From an uncultured Candidatus Saccharibacteria bacterium (lineage in GTDB: Bacteria > Patescibacteriota > Minisyncoccia > UBA6257 > UBA11618): 44,880 nt of DNA. The notes below the pieces were generated by a model. That model saw only the letters and a program-made list of their open reading frames with translations, did no database searches and was not told where the DNA came from. Positions 35,959-43,514 of the stretch are shown piece after piece. Position 1 is the stretch's first letter; every line of letters starts with the position of its first letter. Position numbers and translations under genes: made by a program. The stretch lies in assembly GCA_964488085.1 (NCBI GenBank), contig CAZATK010000002.1, forward strand, positions 1 to 44,880. Reading direction: 5' to 3'.

Positions 35959-36009
35959 CCTGCCTGCCGGCAGGCAGGGGTCGTGTATTGCCACTATACT
36001 AATCCCGCC
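35959..36009 (-). repeat. tRNA 5'-half-like fragment plus perfect 20-nt GC palindrome
   Basis: Minus strand reads GCGGGAT-TA-GTAT-AGTGGCA-ATAC-A, then cctgcctgccggcaggcagg (35959-35978). No T arm or acceptor 3' strand follows. Confidence 0.5.
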
Positions 36010-36030
36010 TATAGTGAGTTTATTGAATTA

Positions 36031-36564
36031 CTAAAAATCTTTTGTTAAAAGAATAATTTTCGCAGATTTTTCAGCTTGAGAAAGCCAGTCCGAATAGCTT
36101 ACTCCTTCTTCTTGAAGTTGTTTAAGCAATAGTTCTTTCTCTGCTTGAGGAATGACTATTAGCTTATAAAAATCTGCCAGATTTAAGTCATATAGCGCAA
36201 CAGCCGCTTGTTCTAGATTAGGGTTTTCTAAATACGGGCTGATAATGTTATTTATAGAAGCCGTTAGTTCAATATTATTTAATTTTTGTCTTAAGGCATC
36301 TGAAACTAATTTTCTTTCAATAATATTTTTTAAAACAGCTACTCTGACTTGCTTATTATTGTTGTTTTTTAAACCTTCTTTTTCAGAAGTAGTCAACGAT
36401 TGTTGATAATAATATTCCGCAACTCTTGCTTCCTTATCAAGATTATATCCCCAAATAATTTCTGAATTGATTATGGCTACTGGATACCATCCTTGACGAA
36501 CTAAATAAAATGTCCCAAAACCTGAACCTAATACTATAAAAAATATGGTGACAAAATACCTCAT
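36031..36564 (-). CDS. membrane-anchored protein, possibly SurA-N-like chaperone domain
   Basis: 177 aa with an N-terminal TM helix and a helical remainder. The functional guess is weak. Confidence 0.55.
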   Translation of the reverse strand: MRYFVTIFFIVLGSGFGTFYLVRQGWYPVAIINSEIIWGYNLDKEARVAEYYYQQSLTTSEKEGLKNNNNKQVRVAVLKNIIERKLVSDALRQKLNNIELTASINNIISPYLENPNLEQAAVALYDLNLADFYKLIVIPQAEKELLLKQLQEEGVSYSDWLSQAEKSAKIILLTKDF

Positions 36565-36830
36565 TATTTTATTTCCGGAATAATTATTAATACTTTTTCA
36601 TCGGGTAGGGCATAGTCTGCCTTTCTCATCTCTCTTTCTAAGTGTTCTTTTTGGTTAAAATAATCCAAATCGGCAGTTAATTTTTCATTTTCTATTTTAA
36701 TGGCTTCCAGCTCCGCATTTATTGCGAATTGTTCCCTTTTTACATTATTATATTGTCCAATCAGTCTATAAAGCTGGACAGCGAACATTCCGATAGCCAT
36801 CATCAAAATTAACACTAAAAAAAACCTCAT
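36564..36830 (-). CDS. ftsB: septum formation initiator (FtsB/DivIC-like)
   Basis: 88 aa: one TM helix followed by a leucine-zipper-like coiled coil (ELEAIKIENEKLTADLDYF). Confidence 0.65.
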   Translation of the reverse strand: MRFFLVLILMMAIGMFAVQLYRLIGQYNNVKREQFAINAELEAIKIENEKLTADLDYFNQKEHLEREMRKADYALPDEKVLIIIPEIK

Positions 36831-36906
36831 ACCTTTATTCTAGCATTTATTTTTTTAATAATTCTTTAAAAACAGAAGCCGGCCGCCTTACGGCGAGCCT
36901 CGCCAA

Positions 36907-38709
36907 CTACTTCTTAAGTAATTCTTTAAAGATGTTGGCGGGAATTTTTATGTCACTTTGTTGTGCCACTTCTTTCAACCTCGTTTTTCCTCTTTGTTGT
37001 TTTTTCCATAATTTCATTTTTCTGGTTCTATCTCCGCCGTATAGGTAGCCGGTAACATCTTTTTTCATGGCTGGAATTGTTTCTCTAGAAATTATTCTGC
37101 CTTTAACCGCCGCTTGAATGGCTTGTGTAAATTGTTGTTTTGGTAAGAATTCTTTCAATCGCTCTACTGTTATTTTTGCTTCTCTCGGAATTTTTTCTTG
37201 AGGCAAAATTCTTGTTAGTCCCGGAACTAAATGGCCAGAGATTAATACTTCTAATTTTTCCAATTTACTTTTTTCATAGCCAATCAATTCATAGCTCATA
37301 GAAGCGTATCCTTCGGATAATGATTTTAATTTATCGTCTAAATCGCTTATTAAATCTGCCAGAGGTAATTTGGCCGATAATAAAACTTTATTGCCCAAGG
37401 TTTTTGTTTCAAAATTGCCGAAACGAAAAATTTCTTTTAAAGATAAAATACTGCCTAAATATTTTGGCGGAGATAAAATTTCTACTTTAGTGATCGGTTC
37501 TAAAGCCTCTTGGTAGTCCAAGGGAAAATCCTTCGGATTTTTAATTTCTAAATATTCTTGTTGTTTTCCAATTGGAAGAACTTTATAGGCAACAGAGGGA
37601 AAACTGTGAACTGTTTTAATCTTAAATTCTCTTTCTAATCTTTCGGCGGTTATTTCAAAATGCAATCTTCCTAAAAATCCGCCCTTAAATCCCCTTCCCA
37701 ATATTTCGCTAGATTCAGGATGAAAATTTAATGAAGCGTCAGTTAATCTTAATTTTGCCAGGGCTTTTTTTAGATTTTCATAATTATCATTTTCTTCCGG
37801 ATAAAATGATACGAAAACAACCGGTTGCGGTTCTTGATAGCCGGGTAAGGCCAGGTCTTCTAATTTCGAATTTCGAATTTCGAATTTCGAATTTATGATA
37901 GTATCTCCTATTTTTAATAACCCCGGGTCTTTAATGCCGGTGGCAATATAACCAATTTCCCCATCATTTAATTGCTCGCAATTTCTTAATTGAGGATAAA
38001 AATATCCCACCTCCTTAATATTAGCTTGGCTATTGTTGGCTAGAAATTTCACAGAATCCCCTCTTTTAAATTGCCCGCCAAACAAGCGAACAAAAGCAAT
38101 TACTCCTTTATGGTCATCATAAAGAGAGTCAAACACAAGCGCTCTAGATACTTCTTTTTGTTTTTTGGGTGGAGGAATTTGTTCAATTATTTGATCAAGC
38201 AAAAAATCCACACCTTCCCCCGTTTTTCCTGAAATTTTTATAATATCTTCTTTTTTGATATTTAATAACGCGGCCAAATCTTCAATGACATCTTCTAATT
38301 GAGAAGGATTTAAATCTATCTTATTAACGGCTCCGACAATTTTTAAATTTGCCTTTTTAGCATTTTCAAAATTAGCTAATGTTTGGGCTTGGATTCCTTG
38401 AGTGGCATCAACTAATAAAATTGCTCCTTCTACGGCGGTTAAAGCCCGAGACACCTCGTAACTGAAATCATTATGTCCCGGAGTGTCAATTAAATTCAGA
38501 ATATGATCCTTATAAATCATGCGGACTGGCGCCATTTTAATTGTAATTCCCCGTTCTCGTTCCAATTCCAGTTGATCTAAATATTGTTCTTTCATTGCTC
38601 GTTTTTCAATTGTCCCCGTCATTTCCAATAATCTGTCGGCTAAAGTAGATTTGCCGTGATCAATGTGAGCAATAATACAGAAATTTCTTATTTTTTCTAG
38701 ATTTGACAT
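36907..38709 (-). CDS. lepA: translation elongation factor 4
   Basis: NFCIIAHIDHGKSTLADRLL, DTPGH, NKID, and a C-terminal LepA-type tail. Confidence 0.95.
   Translation of the reverse strand: MSNLEKIRNFCIIAHIDHGKSTLADRLLEMTGTIEKRAMKEQYLDQLELERERGITIKMAPVRMIYKDHILNLIDTPGHNDFSYEVSRALTAVEGAILLVDATQGIQAQTLANFENAKKANLKIVGAVNKIDLNPSQLEDVIEDLAALLNIKKEDIIKISGKTGEGVDFLLDQIIEQIPPPKKQKEVSRALVFDSLYDDHKGVIAFVRLFGGQFKRGDSVKFLANNSQANIKEVGYFYPQLRNCEQLNDGEIGYIATGIKDPGLLKIGDTIINSKFEIRNSKLEDLALPGYQEPQPVVFVSFYPEENDNYENLKKALAKLRLTDASLNFHPESSEILGRGFKGGFLGRLHFEITAERLEREFKIKTVHSFPSVAYKVLPIGKQQEYLEIKNPKDFPLDYQEALEPITKVEILSPPKYLGSILSLKEIFRFGNFETKTLGNKVLLSAKLPLADLISDLDDKLKSLSEGYASMSYELIGYEKSKLEKLEVLISGHLVPGLTRILPQEKIPREAKITVERLKEFLPKQQFTQAIQAAVKGRIISRETIPAMKKDVTGYLYGGDRTRKMKLWKKQQRGKTRLKEVAQQSDIKIPANIFKELLKK
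37862..37894 (-). repeat. perfect heptanucleotide tandem repeat (AATTTCG x4 plus partial) inside lepA
   Basis: aatttcg at 37862, 37869, 37876 and 37883, then aattt. Encodes NSKFEIRNSKL. Confidence 0.9.
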
Positions 38710-38773
38710 AATAAAGTTTATGAAGCATTTATACCATATTTTTATAATTAAGTGGAGAATTTAAAATAAAAAA

Positions 38774-38810
38774 AATCGCCTAGAAGATCGATTATATCTT
38801 CTAGGCGATT
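38774..38810 (-). terminator. strong rho-independent terminator (15-bp stem plus U-run)
   Basis: aatcgcctagaagat / atcttctaggcgatt with a 7-nt loop, followed on the minus strand by T8. A second 10-bp hairpin at 38810-38837 contains the stop codon. Confidence 0.75.
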
Positions 38811-38834
38811 AGTAAGTGATGTTTAGTTCACTTA

Positions 38835-39218
38835 CTAGTCTTCCAGGAGGTCCGAATCCCACTCCTCTTCCTCCTCTTCTCCTGGGAAGGGAATGAGTAC
38901 CGGCTCCTGGCTCTCCTCGCTCTCCACACTCGCTTGCGGGAAGCGAATGTGCGAGTAGTTCAGGGCGACGATTCCGTACACCACGACGTCACCGGAGCTC
39001 CTCTCCGCTTCGTCGTAGACGCGCTGGGCATAGCCCTGGGCAATCTTCATGTCGGTGAAGACACGACTATTGCCGAAGAGCTCGCGGACGCATTCGACGT
39101 CCAGTCCGCCGCTCCCGTCGCTCAGGTTCTCGATCGCCTGCGCGTGAGCGATCCTGTACTCCTTTTTGCCACGGCTGCCTTTGGTGGCAAGGACGTAGAC
39201 GCCATCGTTTGCTGACAT
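38835..39218 (-). CDS. orphan GC-rich protein with poly-Glu acidic tail
   Basis: 127 aa. AAGGAG lies 6 nt before the ATG. Counted lines 38941-39000 and 39001-39060 are 58% and 60% GC, versus 20% for 38701-38760. C-terminus GEEEEEEWDSDLLED. No family recognised. Confidence 0.7.
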   Translation of the reverse strand: MSANDGVYVLATKGSRGKKEYRIAHAQAIENLSDGSGGLDVECVRELFGNSRVFTDMKIAQGYAQRVYDEAERSSGDVVVYGIVALNYSHIRFPQASVESEESQEPVLIPFPGEEEEEEWDSDLLED

Positions 39219-39274
39219 GACTAGCTCCTTTTGCTAAGGGAGAAGACGACCCTATGTCATCTTCAACTTTCTAC

Positions 39275-39303
39275 AGTATAGCAGATTAATGATTATTTGT
39301 CAA
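39275..39303 (-). promoter_or_regulatory. near-consensus promoter TTGACA-17 nt-TATACT
   Basis: Minus-strand -35 is plus 39298-39303 and -10 is plus 39275-39280. The leader contains a 9-bp hairpin. Confidence 0.65.
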
Positions 39304-39321
39304 TAGCTTGGCAAAACCAAC

Positions 39322-39345
39322 AAAAAACCCCCGAAAGGAGCTTTT
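39322..39345 (-). terminator. strand-specific terminator hairpin plus U-run
   Basis: Minus strand: GCTCC-TTTC-GGGGG TTTTTT. It needs two G-U pairs, so it folds only on the minus-strand RNA. Confidence 0.5.
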
Positions 39346-39356
39346 TTATTCTAATA

Positions 39357-39487
39357 TAGAACCCCGCCTGTAAGATTCTTCCGGCAAAAGCCAGGTTGGA
39401 TGATCGCAACTTAGTTCCTCAGAACCAAGCGATATTGATCTTCCTAAAAATTGATATTTAGCCCGGAATCTTAAAGGCGGAGTTCTA
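39357..39487 (-). ncRNA. unassigned 131-nt structured element between ndk and its terminator
   Basis: Closing helix of about 24 bp: tagaactccgcctttaagattccgg with ccggaagaatcttacaggcggggttcta. Inner hairpin cttggttc-tgag-gaactaag. One U-G pair favours the minus strand. Confidence 0.4.
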
Positions 39488-39504
39488 TAATTATTGTATC
39501 ACAA

Positions 39505-40059
39505 TCATTCTAAAATACTATTCAACTCTTCTTTTTCAAACCACAAATCTATTTCTTTTACAGCATCAGACGCATTGCCCGAAGCGTGAATTAGATTTCT
39601 TACGGATCGGCCGTTAGTATCGGCCATTTCATAAGAGTCAACGGAAAAATCCCCTCTTATTGTGCCAACATCCGATGTTAGTGGTTCGGTACCGCCAACA
39701 ACTTTTCTTATTATACTAATCGCATGTGGCCCTTCCCATGCCATAATTATCAATGGTTCGGAGCTCATGTAATGTTTAAGATTTTTGAGCACCATCTCTG
39801 CGATTTTTAAAGGATCTTCTGATGGCGGTTTTTTACCCTTTTTCTTATACGAGTCAATGGTTTTTTGTCCGGTTATCAATTTCCAATTAGGGTCAAGAAG
39901 ATAATGCTTTTCAATAAGTTTGGGCGTAGCTGTCATCATTTTCATCCCAACAAGTTTAAGGCCGGTTCTCTCAAAGCGCTTAATAATTTCTCCTGTAAGA
40001 GTTCTTTGTATGCCGTCCGGCTTTATAATAACTAGCGTTCGCTCTTCTTTTAGATTCAC
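39505..40059 (-). CDS. ndk: nucleoside diphosphate kinase (with insertion)
   Basis: ERTLVIIKPDGIQR and NLIHASGN (active-site His). About 40 extra residues mid-protein. Confidence 0.88.
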   Translation of the reverse strand: MNLKEERTLVIIKPDGIQRTLTGEIIKRFERTGLKLVGMKMMTATPKLIEKHYLLDPNWKLITGQKTIDSYKKKGKKPPSEDPLKIAEMVLKNLKHYMSSEPLIIMAWEGPHAISIIRKVVGGTEPLTSDVGTIRGDFSVDSYEMADTNGRSVRNLIHASGNASDAVKEIDLWFEKEELNSILE

Positions 40060-41477
40060 TTTTTTATTTCAAGCCCCAAATCCTTTAACTGATCTTTGCT
40101 TATTTCACTTGGAGATTCCATCATTAAATCCTGCGCATCTCCTGTTTTTGGAAAAGCAATTACCTCACGAATATTTGGTTCGTTCATTAGTATCATTAAA
40201 AAACGATCGATGCCCGGAGCTATACCGCCATGAGGCGGAGCGCCATAAGATAACGCCTCAATCATATGGCCAAAACTATTTATTATTTTTTCTTCGCTCA
40301 TTCCCATTATTTCAAGAACCGCCCTTAACGCTTCGGGTTTATGATTGCGAATGCTTCCTCCGCCAATTTCATGTCCATTGAGAACTAAATCATATTGTTC
40401 TGTTTTTATTTCACTTATATTAGTTTTTTTCATTAACCATTCCATGTGTTCTTTTTTGGGAGCGGAAAAAGGATTGTGGGTAAATGTCCATTTGCCATTG
40501 TCTGTTTTTTCAAAAAATGGAAAATCTGTGATCCAAGCAAAAGCCAATTCATTGGGATCGTTTTTATCTTTTCTTAAATCTGGTTTATCAGTCCCGTATT
40601 TCTCCATAGCTTCTGCGTAAGTAAATTGAGGAAAGGGCGTTTGCGAAATTTTTTTATCAGGAAAGAGCTCTTTAACAATTTTTATATACAAATCTTCAGT
40701 CAAACTCATAATATCTTCTTTTTCAACAAAACTCATTTCTAAGTCAAGTTGCGTGAATTCTTGCTGTCTGTCTCCGCGGGTGTCTTCGTCGCGAAAGCAT
40801 TTGGCTATTTGAAAATATTTTTCAAATCCAGAGACCATTAATAATTGTTTGTATTGTTGGGGAGATTGCGCGAGCGCGTAAAACTTTCCGGGATGGAGTC
40901 GTGAGGGAACTAAATAATTGCGTGCGCCCGTTTCTGTATTGGCTTTGGAAACAACCGGCGTTTCAATTTCCACAAAATCTTTTTCATTAAGATAATCTCT
41001 AATAAAACTAACCACCTCGTGGCGCGCTGTTATGTTTTTTTGCAAACGAGGGCGGCGCAAATCCAGATAACGGTACTTTAATCTATTTTCTTCTCCTATT
41101 TCATAACCATCGGTATCAACGGCAATGGGCGGTGTTTTAGATTGATTTAAAACTTCTAAATCGCTGACAAGAACCTCCCATTTACCACTAGCTATTTCCG
41201 GATTAACAAGATTTTCAGGCCTTTTATTTACCATGCCCGATACTTTAATAACCCACTCGGGACGAAGATGGCCTGCCTTTTCAAATAAATCCTTTTCTTT
41301 TGATAAAAAAACCAGTTGAGCTATGCCGCGCTGATCTCTCATATCTATAAATATTATTTTTCCATGATCTCTTCTTGCCCCAACCCAGCCCATAAGGGTA
41401 ATTTTATTGCCCTCTTCTGACCCAATATCTGCTACGTAAGTTCTTTTCATAATAATCTTTATTTTAATATTTTTCAC
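40056..41477 (-). CDS. aspS: aspartyl-tRNA synthetase, bacterial-type core without GAD insertion
   Basis: GWVGARRDHGKIIFIDMRD, FYALAQSPQQYKQLLM and CFRDEDTRGDRQQEFTQLD. About 460 aa versus about 590. The start may be MKRTYV (41447). Confidence 0.92.
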   Translation of the reverse strand: MKNIKIKIIMKRTYVADIGSEEGNKITLMGWVGARRDHGKIIFIDMRDQRGIAQLVFLSKEKDLFEKAGHLRPEWVIKVSGMVNKRPENLVNPEIASGKWEVLVSDLEVLNQSKTPPIAVDTDGYEIGEENRLKYRYLDLRRPRLQKNITARHEVVSFIRDYLNEKDFVEIETPVVSKANTETGARNYLVPSRLHPGKFYALAQSPQQYKQLLMVSGFEKYFQIAKCFRDEDTRGDRQQEFTQLDLEMSFVEKEDIMSLTEDLYIKIVKELFPDKKISQTPFPQFTYAEAMEKYGTDKPDLRKDKNDPNELAFAWITDFPFFEKTDNGKWTFTHNPFSAPKKEHMEWLMKKTNISEIKTEQYDLVLNGHEIGGGSIRNHKPEALRAVLEIMGMSEEKIINSFGHMIEALSYGAPPHGGIAPGIDRFLMILMNEPNIREVIAFPKTGDAQDLMMESPSEISKDQLKDLGLEIKK

Positions 41478-42339
41478 TGAAGATATGCAAATTTTCTTTT
41501 TCTGGAATAATCTTAATTAAGCCATTGTCTATAGTTGTATAAATAGATGCGCCAACGTCTTTTAATCTGTTAATTGTTTGCGGATTGGGGTGTCCATAAG
41601 AATTTTTTCCTACTCCAATGACGGCAATTTTAGGTTTCACGAATTTTAGAAATTTACTGCTTGTAGAATTTTTAGAGCCGTGGTGGCTGACTTTTAATAA
41701 ATCCGCTGATAGCCCCTTTTTATATTTTCGCAATAACTTTTCTTCCACCGCAAAATTTATATCTCCGGTGAACAATGCGTTAAAATTTTCTTCGCCAGCT
41801 GGCGAATTTAATTCAAACACAATAGTTTTGTCGTGAATGTCCTTAATGTCTTTGGTTGAAGACGGTTCGTTGGAAGATGGCGAAATAATTTCTATCAGCC
41901 AATCTTTATATTTTATTTTATCCCCCTCTTTTACCGTCAAATGTTGAATAGATTTATCAGAGACCTCCTTTTGAAAATCTTTGTATTGGGAGATACTATG
42001 CTCCATTCCATTATCAATAAGAGTCCCAATCTCATAATTTTGAAAAACATCAATCAAACCGCCAAGGTGATCTAAATGCGGATGAGTCAAAATAACCAAA
42101 TCAATATACCTGTCAGTAGTCGGTAATATTTTTTCTAAATTGCTCAAGACTTGCGCGTTAGGACCGCCGTCAATAAGAAATTGAACATCACCAAAATCTA
42201 TTAATTCACTATCGCCTTGACCGACATCTAAAAAATATAGCTCGACAGGCTTGCTGTTGTTTTTATGAAGATTCCAAATTTGAGCCCAAGCGACAATATT
42301 AAAAAGAAATAGCAAAAAGATTAATAATAATCGTTTCAT
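41464..42339 (-). CDS. ComEC-type metallo-beta-lactamase domain protein (separate ORF)
   Basis: Own signal-like N-terminus. YFLDVGQGDS, THPHLDHLGG and SHHGS. Confidence 0.8.
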   Translation of the reverse strand: MKRLLLIFLLFLFNIVAWAQIWNLHKNNSKPVELYFLDVGQGDSELIDFGDVQFLIDGGPNAQVLSNLEKILPTTDRYIDLVILTHPHLDHLGGLIDVFQNYEIGTLIDNGMEHSISQYKDFQKEVSDKSIQHLTVKEGDKIKYKDWLIEIISPSSNEPSSTKDIKDIHDKTIVFELNSPAGEENFNALFTGDINFAVEEKLLRKYKKGLSADLLKVSHHGSKNSTSSKFLKFVKPKIAVIGVGKNSYGHPNPQTINRLKDVGASIYTTIDNGLIKIIPEKENLHIFSEKY

Positions 42340-43504
42340 AAATTAGAAAGACATTGGCGAACCACGCCGTTAGAAAAGAAAGATGATAGGATACAAATCC
42401 CGTTGTTCCAGCTATAAATCCCAAAGCCATTGTATAGGGAATGGCAGGGGTAATAAGAATATTGGCTAATGGAGACAAAGGATTAAATCCGCCAAATTTT
42501 ATCACTATAATAGGAAGAACCGCAAGTTGAGCAGCAATAGTTGGCCAAACTAAATCATTTTTCCAGCGACTTATTTTTTCTAAAAAAGGTTTTATATAAA
42601 TAATTCCCAAAAGCGCTAAAAAGGAGAGTTGAAAGCCCAAATCAAAAACTAGAATTTTCGGATCATATAAGACCATTGCCAATGCTGTGAAAGTTATGGC
42701 GTTGCGATGTTGATAAACCCTTTCATTTTTTTGAGCCACAATTAAAATAATTCCCATAATGGCGGCTCTCACCAAAGACGCCTCGGCTCCAGTCATGATT
42801 ACAAAAGCGATAATAAATAAAACTGTCGGCCAGAATCCAAGAAGCCAGCCTAAATTATTTGTTATGATATTGATATTGTAACCGGAAAGCGCAACTAAAT
42901 GAGAAGTACCGCTGGCTTTTATTTTTTTATCAAAATCCGGAGATATTTCGCTAATATCGCCCACAGTTAATCCGGAAAGAAAAACGGCTTTGTCGTGAGG
43001 AAGAACTCTTTTAATATTTTCTTCAAAAGCGATTCTTAATTTAATTAAATTAGCTTTTATTGCGTTGCCTTTATTTTGAGCAATTAAATTAATATCTGGA
43101 TAACTTACAAAACCAATAAAGTGCGGAGATTGCGATTCTTTAATTTTTCCTTGAAATGTAATTTGATCGCCATAATAATATTGAGGATATCTGGTCGTAA
43201 TAATTTTTATTTTATTATCTAAAACAAGCTCTTGATAATTAAGGCGTTGTTTGGCTTGAATTATTATCCCTTCGGAAGCAATGCTTTCTGGTTTTTGATA
43301 AAAATCAAAAGCAATATAATATACTGACCCTACTATTATTATCAGCGAAAGCAATGCCAGGTATTTTTTATTGAAAAGTAAAAAAATAATAAAAAACAAA
43401 AAAGCCATTATTACGGCAAATAAAAAACTTGGAATCAAAGATGCTAAAAAAATGCCGATTAAGAAAAAAACGGACAGCCAAAAGAATATATCGTGCAATA
43501 ACAT
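42299..43504 (-). CDS. comEC: ComEC/Rec2 membrane channel portion
   Basis: Polytopic. The N-terminal OB-like part is followed by competence-domain helices (GTSHLVALSGYNI). Overlaps the next ORF by 41 nt in another frame. Confidence 0.8.
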   Translation of the reverse strand: MLLHDIFFWLSVFFLIGIFLASLIPSFLFAVIMAFLFFIIFLLFNKKYLALLSLIIIVGSVYYIAFDFYQKPESIASEGIIIQAKQRLNYQELVLDNKIKIITTRYPQYYYGDQITFQGKIKESQSPHFIGFVSYPDINLIAQNKGNAIKANLIKLRIAFEENIKRVLPHDKAVFLSGLTVGDISEISPDFDKKIKASGTSHLVALSGYNINIITNNLGWLLGFWPTVLFIIAFVIMTGAEASLVRAAIMGIILIVAQKNERVYQHRNAITFTALAMVLYDPKILVFDLGFQLSFLALLGIIYIKPFLEKISRWKNDLVWPTIAAQLAVLPIIVIKFGGFNPLSPLANILITPAIPYTMALGFIAGTTGFVSYHLSFLTAWFANVFLIYETIIINLFAISF

Positions 43505-43514
43505 TTGCCCGATT

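Noticed and set aside
34943-36009. Split or permuted tRNA genes (Nanoarchaeum-style halves joined through GC-rich complementary tails)
   Set aside because: I found 5'-half-like pieces but no orphan 3' halves (T arm plus matching acceptor strand) in the window. The GC segments are self-complementary palindromes rather than complementary to another locus.
38934-39215. 93-aa plus-strand ORF inside the GC-rich cassette
   Set aside because: It is the antisense shadow of the 127-aa ORF. High-GC sequence naturally lacks stop codons on the opposite strand, and it has no promoter or SD of its own.
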